Positions 44,269-54,170 of a DNA stretch of 64,000 bases are shown here, piece after piece (position 1 is the first letter of the stretch; every line of letters begins with the position of its first letter). The position numbers and the translations under genes are program-made. Location of the stretch: assembly GCA_963850905.1 (NCBI GenBank), contig CAWKMU010000003.1, forward strand, positions 3,424,001 through 3,488,000. The letters are read 5' to 3'. This stretch comes from an uncultured Gemmatimonadales bacterium (lineage in GTDB: Bacteria > Gemmatimonadota > Gemmatimonadetes > Gemmatimonadales > Gemmatimonadaceae). The notes beneath the pieces were generated by a model. That model was given only the letters and a program-made list of their open reading frames with translations, did not search any database and was not told where the DNA came from.

Positions 44269-45495
44269 CTACTGTGGGAGGAGCTTGCTCAGCCTCTTCG
44301 CGGCGGAATCCATTCCTGGGTCACTCGACGGCGCGCCACTCGTGGTCCCGCCGGCGGCACCGGAAGGCGTCGAGCCGTTCCACGTGCTCGTCGTGCCGTT
44401 CGTCGCCGACCCGCTGGGCATGCCGCCCGCCGCCCCCGGTGTGGAGCCGTTCCACTGGTGACTCGTGGTCGCGTTCCCTGCTTGAGCACTGGCAGGATTG
44501 CCATTCGTCATCGCGGGCGTCGCACCCCGGTTCATGAGACCCGAGAGGGTCTGCATGAGCGTCGCAGGACCTTGGCCCCCTTGGATCTGCGTGTAACCAG
44601 CGGGGGGTTGAAACGTGGCGTCGGGAAAACTTGCGCGCGCAAACTCGACCAATGCCCACGTGACAGTTGTCGTGGTCTTCGTGCCCGCAGAGTCTGTCGC
44701 GACGTCGGTCATGACCTGCTTGACGGCAATGCCCTTGGGCAGCTTCGCTTGCAACGCGGACAGCTGCTTCCCGTATTCAGCCCCGAGCCAGGCGGTCTCC
44801 TGAATTGTCTGCGCAAATGGATTCACCATCATGGTCAGTGACGGCGTGAACCAGTAGTCAGTGGTCGAGTGCATCTTCGTGCTGTGGCCGGGCATCCCGA
44901 GGAACGACATGGTGAGCGTATAGTCCTGCGTGAGCCGGTACTTCACGGTCGCGAGCGGGCCGACCTTATCCCCCGCTCCGAGGGAAGCCAGGTCGAGCTT
45001 GACATCGGTCGCCTTCACTCCGAGTGCTGCGCCAAACCCGTTGACCGTCTTGGTCAGACCCGCGCTGAGTTTTTGGAGATCGAGCTGGAAGTACTTCATC
45101 ATCGAGGGCTTGTAGATCGTCACCGAGTGTCCGGTGTCGCGATAGATCATGAAATCGCCGGCGCCCATGACCGCGCCAAATTCGCCGGAGACGACATCGA
45201 TGCGCACGTTGCCATTCGCCATCGCGACGTGGGCAAGACCGGTGTTCGCGCCGGCGGTCGGCTGCCCGTCCGTGCTCGTCATACTCGTCGTCGTGAACTG
45301 GATGTCGTAGCGGAGGCCGTTGGGATCGTTGGTGCCCGTGCCGGCTGCCGCGGGGTGCGCAGCCGCAAGGAGAGACCCAATGATCAAGGGCGCTCCCACG
45401 ATCCCGAGGCGACCCAGCACCCGCAGGTCACGCGCTCGAGATGACTGCGCTAACGATGGTCCGAAGCTGCCTCGTACCGAAAACGACGTTGCCAT
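44269..45495 (-). CDS. Secreted hypothetical protein (DUF4412-like), paralog of 43140-44216
   Basis: GGAGG RBS before ATG 45495, signal peptide, VRID, KPSMMKY, TTDYWF...VNPF, FQPPAGY. Confidence 0.75.
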   Translation of the reverse strand: MATSFSVRGSFGPSLAQSSRARDLRVLGRLGIVGAPLIIGSLLAAAHPAAAGTGTNDPNGLRYDIQFTTTSMTSTDGQPTAGANTGLAHVAMANGNVRIDVVSGEFGAVMGAGDFMIYRDTGHSVTIYKPSMMKYFQLDLQKLSAGLTKTVNGFGAALGVKATDVKLDLASLGAGDKVGPLATVKYRLTQDYTLTMSFLGMPGHSTKMHSTTDYWFTPSLTMMVNPFAQTIQETAWLGAEYGKQLSALQAKLPKGIAVKQVMTDVATDSAGTKTTTTVTWALVEFARASFPDATFQPPAGYTQIQGGQGPATLMQTLSGLMNRGATPAMTNGNPASAQAGNATTSHQWNGSTPGAAGGMPSGSATNGTTSTWNGSTPSGAAGGTTSGAPSSDPGMDSAAKRLSKLLPQ

Positions 45496-45580
45496 GGGCG
45501 ATCCTCCGCGTGCGCCGACTCGCATGGTCCCCTGCGTGGGCTGCATCCGGCTAATCGTACGTAGGAGGCGCCGACGGTCG

Positions 45581-45694
45581 CCAATACTTTGTTTGGACCG
45601 CAATGATAGCCGCTGGCTATCACGGTGCTCGCCTGGCGTCTGGTCCCACGCGCAATAGGCGCCACCTATGGGCTCGCTCCAAGCAAAGTATTGG
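45581..45694. promoter_or_regulatory. 17-bp inverted repeats enclosing short palindromes, between divergent genes
   Basis: CCAATACTTTGTTTGGA (45581-97) and TCCAAGCAAAGTATTGG (45678-94); inner TGATAGCC-GCT-GGCTATCA (45604-22). Confidence 0.7.
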
Positions 45695-45778
45695 ACCTGT
45701 CGTCGAGAGCGATGCACCCTCTTGCTCATTCGCCGGGCGACGGACGCGAGCGTTCATGACCTCTTACAGGACCCATGC

Positions 45779-47578
45779 ATGACCCACAGCCGGATTCACT
45801 CATCGGTTGCATACGACTTCGCCACACTGGCCGCGTGTGCCACTCTGTTGTCGGTGAGCGGTTGTCGAAAGCACGAATCCCCCGCCGGTGCAGGCGCGCC
45901 ATCACAGGCGGTCGCTCAGCCCTCAGACGGGACCAACGCGCCCGGGGGCTCGCCGAGTTCGCCGGCTCCTGCGGTGGACGCCACCCCCTCGGCTGCCCGG
46001 TCGTCCGACAGCTCGTCTGGATTCGTGGCGCCGGCATCGGCCCCGACCACTCCTGCCGCCATCGCAGCGGAATACGCCAATCGCCCAGATGCGCTCAAAC
46101 CAATGAGCCTGGCCGAGTTTCAGTACGGCGTCTCGCCGACGCGCAACAGCGATGTCACGTACCAGCCGGATGTCATCGTGATGGAACACGGCGCTGATGC
46201 CATTCACGGATACAGCTCCGATGGATTGACCTGGCTGCTGGATGCCAATGCCCCCCACGTCTCTGACCTCCAGCCCGGGAAGATCATGTTCGCCACCGGG
46301 CGCGCGGTCGGCCGCATTCTCGCGGTCACTCCGCATGGAAGTGACGTCGCCGTAACGCTCGGGCCAGCCGCCCTGACCGACGTCGTGTCCGACCTCCAGA
46401 TGTCCTTCGAGCAACCGGTCGACCTGAGCTCGGCGATCATGTACTCGGCGCCGAACGCACCGCTGGGCGGTGACCTGGCGCCGATGGTCAAGGACACGAC
46501 AAAAACGAGCGACGCCGAGACCGGCTACGGTGATGAGGTCGTGGTGGGTCGGGTACCCGAGAGAGGATGGGCAACCCCGATCATCCCCGCGAGCGACAGG
46601 ATCCGCACCGCTATCTCAGCTCGGCCAACGCATTGGGTCCGGTCGTCAGCGGCGCCCGTGCAGGGCGGAGCGGTCGGTCAGATCTTCAACATGGTCGGTC
46701 CGCTGGTCGGCCTCCCGCAACCCGTCAACATGTCGGGGTTCAAGGTGTCGCCGTACCAGGGCGGAGGGTTGGGAATCAGCATTGCGAGAAGTACGCCTGA
46801 CCTGATGATGGTGGCAAGCGGAGGTGTGAAGCTGGATCGCCCATCGCTCCGGGTGAATCTCAACATCGCGCACGGGAGCGTCGTGACCGCAGAGCTGGAG
46901 CTCAAGGGGGCGGCAGCGCTGCTGGTGGACATCCAGGCGGGCACGCAGGTCGGTCTCAAGGGCAACATCCACCAGGTCTACTACGTCCCGACGGATTTCA
47001 GCATCCCGATCTTCGGGAAAGCCGTGCCATTCGCGATCACCTTTCACCAGAGCTTCATCGTCAACACCGCCTTCACCGCCAAGAACAGCACATTGAACGC
47101 CGGCGGCGAAGAGGATTTTACGGGTTCCGTGTTCATGGGGCTTCACAATGGCTCGTGGGGCGTAGGTGCCCCGACGTCCATGACCGACAAGCGAGACTTG
47201 CTCCAATCGATCAACGGCGTCTCCCTCGGGGCCACCTCCCTCATCTTCGGGTGGGGAACCAAGATGATCGTGGGCATCGGCGCCTTCGGCTTTGCGACTG
47301 GCCCGTTCCTCGGGTACAACACGTCCGTCGCCGCCCTGCGGGGTTCAGACCTCACCACCGGATTGGTGCCGGTCCCCCCGTGTCACGGCGCCATCCTCTC
47401 GGTCAGCCTCAACGCCGGGGTCGGGTATTCGCTCCCTGCGCCATTCGTGAGCGCCGTGAATGCGGTCCTCAATCTGCTGCACCTCAACACGCAACTCCCA
47501 CCATCCGGCGGCGTGGCACATCAACAGACAGTGATTCGCGAGCAGAAGTCGGTCCCGAACAACTGCGCCTCGTTCTGA
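45779..47578 (+). CDS. Hypothetical lipoprotein, beta-rich
   Basis: AGGA before ATG 45779; lipobox VSGC, Pro/Ala/Ser linker, long beta-strand-like C-terminal half. Confidence 0.75.
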   Translation: MTHSRIHSSVAYDFATLAACATLLSVSGCRKHESPAGAGAPSQAVAQPSDGTNAPGGSPSSPAPAVDATPSAARSSDSSSGFVAPASAPTTPAAIAAEYANRPDALKPMSLAEFQYGVSPTRNSDVTYQPDVIVMEHGADAIHGYSSDGLTWLLDANAPHVSDLQPGKIMFATGRAVGRILAVTPHGSDVAVTLGPAALTDVVSDLQMSFEQPVDLSSAIMYSAPNAPLGGDLAPMVKDTTKTSDAETGYGDEVVVGRVPERGWATPIIPASDRIRTAISARPTHWVRSSAAPVQGGAVGQIFNMVGPLVGLPQPVNMSGFKVSPYQGGGLGISIARSTPDLMMVASGGVKLDRPSLRVNLNIAHGSVVTAELELKGAAALLVDIQAGTQVGLKGNIHQVYYVPTDFSIPIFGKAVPFAITFHQSFIVNTAFTAKNSTLNAGGEEDFTGSVFMGLHNGSWGVGAPTSMTDKRDLLQSINGVSLGATSLIFGWGTKMIVGIGAFGFATGPFLGYNTSVAALRGSDLTTGLVPVPPCHGAILSVSLNAGVGYSLPAPFVSAVNAVLNLLHLNTQLPPSGGVAHQQTVIREQKSVPNNCASF

Positions 47579-47679
47579 GCACGACCGCCACGCGCGGCGG
47601 CGGGGGGCGAGTACGACCCGGGGCCCGGCCGCGAGCGGCGACTTGGTGCTGATCGATTCCTCGGCGGTTTGCCGCTATA

Positions 47680-49110
47680 ATGGAGGTGATGACATCAGCG
47701 AAGTCGCCGCGCGACCGGAGCGCTGATCCCCAGCGGGTCACGAGCCACATGTTGCACCGGACGATCTCGAGTCAGCCCGAGGTCGTGGTCCACGGGGATC
47801 GGCTGACACTGACGTTGGCAGACGGTCGGCAGATCATTGACGCGTCAGGCGGCGCCGCCGTGGCGTGTATCGGACACGGCAATCGACGGGTGGCCGATGC
47901 GATCGCCGCCCAGGCGCGCAAGCTCGCTTATGCGCATACGGGTCTCTTTACCACCGAACCCGCCGAAGCACTCGCCAACCTGCTGCTGCACGATGAGCCG
48001 GGCGGACTCTCCCACGCCTTCTTTGTCTCGTCCGGGTCGGAGGCCGTCGAGAGCGCGCTGAAGCTCGCTCGCCAGTACTTCGTCGAGAAGGGCGAGTCTC
48101 GTCGCACTCGGTTCATCGCACGCCGCCAGAGCTATCATGGCAATACACTTGGCGCGCTCGCCGTCGGCGGCCACCTGGCACGCCGCGCTCCGTACGAGCC
48201 AATCCTCAGCACCGCGTTTAGTCACGTCTCGCCCTGCTTCGCATATCACTACCAGGCTGCTGGCGAATCAGAACAGCAATACGTCGAGCGCCTGGCGCAG
48301 GAATTGGACAGTGAGTTTCGCCGTCTGGGACCTGACACCGTCATCGCGTTCTGCGCCGAGCCCGTCGTGGGCGCTACATCGGGGTGCGTGGCGGCGGTCC
48401 CGGGATACTTCAAGGCGGTGCGGGAGGTGTGCCACCGGTACGGCGCCCTGTTGATCCTCGACGAGATCATGTGCGGGAGCGGCCGAACCGGAACAATGCA
48501 CGCGTGGGAGCAGGAGGGCGTAAGCCCCGATATCGAGACCCTCGGGAAGGGGTTGGGGGGTGGCTATCAGGCCATCGCCGGCATGCTCGTTTCACGACGC
48601 GTGGTTGATGCCCTCGCGAACGGATCTGGCGCGTTCATGCATGGCCACACGTATCAGGCACATCCCGTCGCCTGTGCCGCCGCCCTCGAGATCCAACGCA
48701 TCATCCAGGACGACGACCTGCTCTCCAACGTGCGCGCCATGGGGCGCCTGCTGGACGAGCAACTGCGCGAGCGATTTGGTGCTCACCCACACATCGGCGA
48801 CATCCGCGGACGTGGGCTCTTCATGGCCCTCGAGCTCGTCGAGGATCGCGAGCGCAAACTGCCTTTCGACCCCCGACTGGGGCTGCACGAGCGGGTCAAG
48901 TACAGCGCGCTCGAATGTGGACTCGGCGTGTATCCGAGCGGAGGAACGGTCGATGGTAAGGTAGGCGACCATGTGCTCCTCGCACCACCCTACATCGCGG
49001 GGCCCGACGACATCGAGATGATCGTGGACAGGTTGGCGCTCGCCATCGACACGACACTCAGCGCTTTGTCTCCATCGTCTAACGTCCATCGTCTAACGTC
49101 CAACGTCTAA
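47680..49110 (+). CDS. Class III PLP-dependent aminotransferase
   Basis: IDASGGAAV, SSGSEAVE, SYHGNT, AEPVVG, LILDEIMCGSGRTG, GKGLGGG, HGHTY. Confidence 0.92.
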   Translation: MEVMTSAKSPRDRSADPQRVTSHMLHRTISSQPEVVVHGDRLTLTLADGRQIIDASGGAAVACIGHGNRRVADAIAAQARKLAYAHTGLFTTEPAEALANLLLHDEPGGLSHAFFVSSGSEAVESALKLARQYFVEKGESRRTRFIARRQSYHGNTLGALAVGGHLARRAPYEPILSTAFSHVSPCFAYHYQAAGESEQQYVERLAQELDSEFRRLGPDTVIAFCAEPVVGATSGCVAAVPGYFKAVREVCHRYGALLILDEIMCGSGRTGTMHAWEQEGVSPDIETLGKGLGGGYQAIAGMLVSRRVVDALANGSGAFMHGHTYQAHPVACAAALEIQRIIQDDDLLSNVRAMGRLLDEQLRERFGAHPHIGDIRGRGLFMALELVEDRERKLPFDPRLGLHERVKYSALECGLGVYPSGGTVDGKVGDHVLLAPPYIAGPDDIEMIVDRLALAIDTTLSALSPSSNVHRLTSNV

Positions 49111-49129
49111 CGTCCAACGTCTAACGTCT
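49074..49129 (+). repeat. Heptamer tandem array (AWCGTCY), 8 units, containing both convergent stop codons
   Basis: ATCGTCT AACGTCC ATCGTCT AACGTCC AACGTCT AACGTCC AACGTCT AACGTCT. Confidence 0.9.
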
Positions 49130-50996
49130 GCCGTCCCCGCGGTATCACTGGCAGTTCGATAAACGATCCGTCTGCGCCGCCGCGCAGCACGGCGATCGTG
49201 ACGTCGCCTTGGGCCATCGCGGGCACACGTAGAAACGTCCCTTTATCCGCACCCGCGATCGCAATGCGCAGGCGGTGATTCGCCCGCAGCAACACCGACG
49301 TCGGCATCAGCTGGAAGGTCAGTGTCGCGGGCTCTCCGGGCACGAGGAGCTCCGCATCGGCTCGCGAGTAGGTGCGATAGGGATACGTGGTCTTGTATGG
49401 CGGCGGCGCGTGGGACAGCCGGCGATCCAAGGCCCGCAGTTCCCCTTCGGTCAGGTACGTGACACGACCGTCAGGTGCGACATCTTCCAGGTAGACGAAG
49501 AAGTTGCCGTCAGTATGTGTGGAGGTGACTCGCAGCGTGATGACTGCCTGCCCCGTGACTTCCAGATCCTCCGTGAGCGGCGCCCCGGTGTACACGAGCA
49601 GTCTCCGATCTGCCTCCGCCCGGTCTCCGTAGTCGATTGGCGGCCCGCCGGCTTGCGTGGCCCACCGATTGGCGGGGCCCGCAGAGGCATCGAAATCGAC
49701 CGCGTACGTATCACGTCCTGCGACCGTCGGCGCCGTTTTCGTGAGCGCGTTGCCGGCAGCGAGATACAGCCGCTCGCTGCGCGTGCCCGGCAGCGGCCAG
49801 ACAGTCGTCTTCTTCCACCTGTCCTCACCCATGGTGAAGTAATAGAGCGTGTGCGTCGCCATCAGCTCCGGCGTGTCGCTCACGTAATTCCTGAGAAAGC
49901 AGTAGATCATCTGCTCCTGAGCGTCTCGCGGCGGATCCAACGGCTCATTGGGATGAAAGACGTTCACGTCGTTGCGCGCGCCGTGCGTCCAGGGGCCGAT
50001 GATGGTGAGCTGGGGATTGGTCCAGTTGTTGAATCGATTCAAGAGCCCCTGCGCGATCCCCGAATCCAGCCAGCTTCCCCATCCGAAGATCGGAGCACGC
50101 GATTGCTCGATGGCGCGCTGGAGGTGGAAGACGCCCGCGTCATCGATCGGCATGCCTCCGAATTGTGTGAGGGGCTCGTCCTTGTAGGTCACTTGGTATG
50201 CAGCCTGGTCGAACCCCCACGGATTCATTTTGTGCTCCTCGACCGCGGCAGCCAATTGCGCCTCCCCGTCGGGTCCGTCGACCGGTCGCACACTGGCGCT
50301 CGAACCATCTGGTCCCTTGTTGAGATCCATCCGACGGACAAGGTCACCCCACTTGAGCGTCAGGGCCTCGCTGGTCACGCCACCCGGCATCAGCAGATCG
50401 GCGTAGAGATCAAAGTCAGCGAATTTGGGAGCGACGGCCTTGATCGCCGGTTCGCCATACGCGAGCGCCATGAGCGGCGTCGTACCGGGATAGGAGTTGC
50501 CCGTCATCACCACTCTCCCGTTCGACCACGACTGCGTTGCGATCCAGTTGGCGATAAAGCCGACGTCTTTCGACTCCAACGGCGAGTATGGGATGTACCA
50601 CTGGCCGAAGGACGCACCCGTGCCGCGTACGTCGGCGTTCACCACGGCGAATCCACGCGCAATCCAGAGTTTCTCACCGGCGGTCGGCTGGGCGCCCTTT
50701 TGGCCGCGCCAGTAGCGAGTCGCCGAATACAGGGTGGGGAGCTTCGTGTCCGGTGCAAGGTTCCGCGGGAGCAAAACGTCGATCGCCAGCTTCACACCAT
50801 CGCTCGCCGGGACGTACACGGATCGACGTTCGACGTCGACGTCGCCTGACGACACCGCACCACCGCACGATTGAAGCGCGGCTGGCAGCATGTGTGCGAG
50901 GTCGCCCGACGACTGTGCGGGCAAGACCGCTGCAATCACGACTGAGAGACTACCGGTCAGGCCGATCACTCGACCCGCTGCGTGCCGCCGTATCAT
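49107..50996 (-). CDS. Secreted CocE/NonD family (S15) hydrolase
   Basis: DGVKLAIDV, DVRGTGASFG, GNSYPG nucleophile, IGPWTHG; GGAGG RBS and signal peptide. Confidence 0.9.
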   Translation of the reverse strand: MIRRHAAGRVIGLTGSLSVVIAAVLPAQSSGDLAHMLPAALQSCGGAVSSGDVDVERRSVYVPASDGVKLAIDVLLPRNLAPDTKLPTLYSATRYWRGQKGAQPTAGEKLWIARGFAVVNADVRGTGASFGQWYIPYSPLESKDVGFIANWIATQSWSNGRVVMTGNSYPGTTPLMALAYGEPAIKAVAPKFADFDLYADLLMPGGVTSEALTLKWGDLVRRMDLNKGPDGSSASVRPVDGPDGEAQLAAAVEEHKMNPWGFDQAAYQVTYKDEPLTQFGGMPIDDAGVFHLQRAIEQSRAPIFGWGSWLDSGIAQGLLNRFNNWTNPQLTIIGPWTHGARNDVNVFHPNEPLDPPRDAQEQMIYCFLRNYVSDTPELMATHTLYYFTMGEDRWKKTTVWPLPGTRSERLYLAAGNALTKTAPTVAGRDTYAVDFDASAGPANRWATQAGGPPIDYGDRAEADRRLLVYTGAPLTEDLEVTGQAVITLRVTSTHTDGNFFVYLEDVAPDGRVTYLTEGELRALDRRLSHAPPPYKTTYPYRTYSRADAELLVPGEPATLTFQLMPTSVLLRANHRLRIAIAGADKGTFLRVPAMAQGDVTIAVLRGGADGSFIELPVIPRGRQTLDVGR

Positions 50997-51211
50997 CGAT
51001 CCTCCCAGGGGTCGGCCACCGATTGGTCCTCGCCCCGCTGTTGGACAAACCGCGTCAGCCAACCTATCATGGCCGGAGAACTCAACGCGACGCCCGTGAT
51101 TCTGGAGAGGTCCCACGCGCGACGCAATGACCCGGTTTCTCCGATGGGGCACTCGTGGGTACCGTGATCACGGACTGGTCGCGCCCACAGCACCGCGTTC
51201 GGAGTGCGTGA

Positions 51212-53674
51212 CTACTCCGCGCGCAATGTGACCAGCGGATCCGCTTGGGTTGCACGCCTCGCGGGCAAGTAACACGCGAGGGCCGCCGCGGCAAGCACGA
51301 AGGAGGCGACGCACGCATACGTCACTGGATCGCCGGGCGCGATGCCGAACAGCATGCTCCGCAAGACCCGGGTCGCGGCAAGTGCGCCGAGAAACCCTAG
51401 CACGCACCCCGCCACCGCGAGCCGCATCCCTTGACGCAGCACGAGGCCTCGCACGTCAGCGCGTGCAGCGCCGAGGGCCAGTCGAATCCCCATTTCACGC
51501 CCCCGTTGACTGACGGTCGCCGTTAGCGCGCCGTAGATGCCGACAATCGCAAGCAGTACGGTGATCGCCGCGAAAGTGACAAACAGAAGAGCGCTAAAAC
51601 GCGGTCGGGCGAGGGGCGCCGCAAGCAGTTGACGCATGGACCCACCCCCAGCGATCACCCAGGCCGGATTGACCTCCTGCAGGGCGCGCCGGATCTCAGG
51701 CACAACGCCCTCGGACTCGGCGCGCGTTCGCACCGCCAGGGTCATCGGCATCGGGGCATCGGCTTGTCGGATGGGGACGTAGAGGCTGGGCTCGAGCCTG
51801 GTCAACTCATGATACCGCGTCTCCCCGACCACGCCGACCACAGTCAGCCAGTCGGTCGAGTCCTCTGGCGAGCCATTCTTGACCCGCTTGCCTATCGGAT
51901 CCTGACCAGGCCACATCTGTCGCACCAGGGCGTCGCTGACGATCGCCACATGCAGGGCGCTTTCACGATCCTGCTCACCAAACGCCCGTCCCCGCAGCAC
52001 CGGGATCCCCATCGTGTGGAAGTATCCCGGACTGACCACCTCGAAGTTCACCAATGGGTTGCTCTTCTGTGCGTCCGCCCTTTGACCTTCGCCGGTGATC
52101 ATCCCGAACCAACCACCCTGCGCGGAAAACGGAGGCTTGGGCATCATCGTCGCAGCGATCACGTCTGGACTCGCGCTCACCCGCGCGAGTGCGGCCTCTT
52201 GGAGCGCCACCCATTGGCTGCGTTGAGCGACGAGTTGCGGCGGGATGCTGGTCTCGACCACAAGGAGCCGGTCGGGATTGAATCCCATGTTGACGCTTGT
52301 CAACGCGATGAGACTGCGCGCAAGCAACCCTCCAGCGATCGCGACCAAAAAAGCGAGCGACACCTGACCAATCACCAGACCGTGCCGCAGCCGCTGCGTC
52401 CGACGGCTCGCCCCGAGCGTGCTGCGACCGGCTCGCAGCGATACGCCCACATCATCCGCCACAGCGAGGATCGCCGGCGCCAGCCCCGCGAGCAGCACCG
52501 CCAGCGCCGTCGCCACGATCGCGAACGCGAGGACCGCAGGATCGATCTGGATGACGTCGCGTCGCGGCAGCTCTGGCGGGGCGAACGCAATGATCGCGCG
52601 GATGGAGGCGGCCGCGATCAGAATACCCAAGACGCCTCCGGCGACACCCATGACGCCGCTCTCGATCAGAAGCTGTCGCACCAGGCGGTGCCGCCCAGCG
52701 CCGAGCGCGACTCGAATGGCGATCTCGTTCGCGCGGGCGGACGCACGGATCAGCAGGAGGTTGGCCACGTTGATACAGGCGATCAGCAGGAGCAGGCCGA
52801 CCGCGGCCGACCCAGCCCAGAGGATCGATCGCATGTTGCCGATGACGAGTGCGGGCAACGATGTGACGACCGGCCTCCCACCGCGTTCGGAGGCACTGCG
52901 CGCCGAATCCGTCGATCGCAGAAACGACTGGAAGTCGTCCCTCGCCCCCCGCAGGCTCGCCCCCGGGCGAAGGCGGCCAACCAGGTCGAATTGAATGGCC
53001 GGCGAGACTGCGGAGACATCCGCCGTCCCGGGGAACCATGGCAGCACAGCGAACCATGCCTGCGTGCGCTTCGGATACTCGAAGTCCCGGGGCAGGACCC
53101 CGATCACGGTATAACTTCGGCCGTTCCACTCCAGAGCGCGCCCGATGACCGACGCACTGCCACCGAACTGCCGCTGCCAGAAGGCGTAACTGATCACCAT
53201 CACCGGCGCGGCGCCCGGCACGTCGTCCGAGGGGCGCAAGAGCCGGCCGCGCACCGGCGAGACGCCGAGCACAGAAAAGAAATTCCCGGTTACCCAACTT
53301 CCGTCGAGCGGGACCGGCCGGCCGGCGTCCAGCATCACGCACTCGGACGCGCCCTGAAAGTTCACCCCCGCCACCGACTCGAACGCGTGCGTCGCTTCGC
53401 GGAACGTCGTCAGATCCCGATATGCGATCGGCCAGTGATCGACCCCACCAGTGGCCGCCTGCAGCCAGAGCACCGCGATGGCATCCTGGCCGCGAACAGG
53501 CAGCGTGCGAAACACAACCCCTCGCAGCGCGCTGAACATCGCAGTGCTTGCACCGATCCCCAGCGCGAGCGTCATCACCGCAACGACCGTGAAGCCGGCA
53601 CTTCGCCGCAGCGACCGGATGCCATACCTGGCATCCCGCAACCACGTATCGACCCGCAAATCGGCGCCGGTCAT
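51212..53674 (-). CDS. Duplicated MacB/FtsX-type ABC permease (ADOP-like orphan permease)
   Basis: DARYGIRSLRRS.GFT, LALGIGA, IACINVANLLL, REMGIRLALGA, PARRA...DP. Confidence 0.9.
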   Translation of the reverse strand: MTGADLRVDTWLRDARYGIRSLRRSAGFTVVAVMTLALGIGASTAMFSALRGVVFRTLPVRGQDAIAVLWLQAATGGVDHWPIAYRDLTTFREATHAFESVAGVNFQGASECVMLDAGRPVPLDGSWVTGNFFSVLGVSPVRGRLLRPSDDVPGAAPVMVISYAFWQRQFGGSASVIGRALEWNGRSYTVIGVLPRDFEYPKRTQAWFAVLPWFPGTADVSAVSPAIQFDLVGRLRPGASLRGARDDFQSFLRSTDSARSASERGGRPVVTSLPALVIGNMRSILWAGSAAVGLLLLIACINVANLLLIRASARANEIAIRVALGAGRHRLVRQLLIESGVMGVAGGVLGILIAAASIRAIIAFAPPELPRRDVIQIDPAVLAFAIVATALAVLLAGLAPAILAVADDVGVSLRAGRSTLGASRRTQRLRHGLVIGQVSLAFLVAIAGGLLARSLIALTSVNMGFNPDRLLVVETSIPPQLVAQRSQWVALQEAALARVSASPDVIAATMMPKPPFSAQGGWFGMITGEGQRADAQKSNPLVNFEVVSPGYFHTMGIPVLRGRAFGEQDRESALHVAIVSDALVRQMWPGQDPIGKRVKNGSPEDSTDWLTVVGVVGETRYHELTRLEPSLYVPIRQADAPMPMTLAVRTRAESEGVVPEIRRALQEVNPAWVIAGGGSMRQLLAAPLARPRFSALLFVTFAAITVLLAIVGIYGALTATVSQRGREMGIRLALGAARADVRGLVLRQGMRLAVAGCVLGFLGALAATRVLRSMLFGIAPGDPVTYACVASFVLAAAALACYLPARRATQADPLVTLRAE

Positions 53675-54170
53675 AGTCGGCACCCCCACAGACGGTAACC
53701 CGTCACGAACGGCCAACCGCCGAGCACGCTTCGTGACATCGGCTCGGCAAACAACGCCCGTCGTCCATCGCGACTCGTGCCCCGGATCCTTGTCATCTTG
53801 CTGAAGGTGCGGTGTCTATCTCGCGCCGGCGCTGGCGCATGCGGCTCAAGCCTGATGGAACGGTTATCAGCCACGGAGTAGGACGTTTTCGCTCCAGCTT
53901 GCCGCCAAAGCGTCGCCGAATTCTCCGAACGCCGGCGAACATAAGGCCTCAACCGGGGTTATGAGAGGCCTTGCGCTCGGGCGACGCCCAGATGGCGCGC
54001 TCGTCCGGCGCTAAAATTGCCCAGCATGCGGACTCGCATTCCGCCATCAATGGTGTTAGACAACAGGATTCGCGGAACACCTTGATACGCAACCGATCAC
54101 TTTCCGGTTCGAACACAAGGAATATCGCACCCGTGTTGGCCGATCACGCAATCGCCATCTCGGTGCGGCG

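Noticed and set aside
32503..53674. Two ABC permeases lacking an ATPase partner as a novel system
   Set aside because: Duplicated orphan permeases are a known expanded family in Acidobacteriota/Gemmatimonadota-like genomes.
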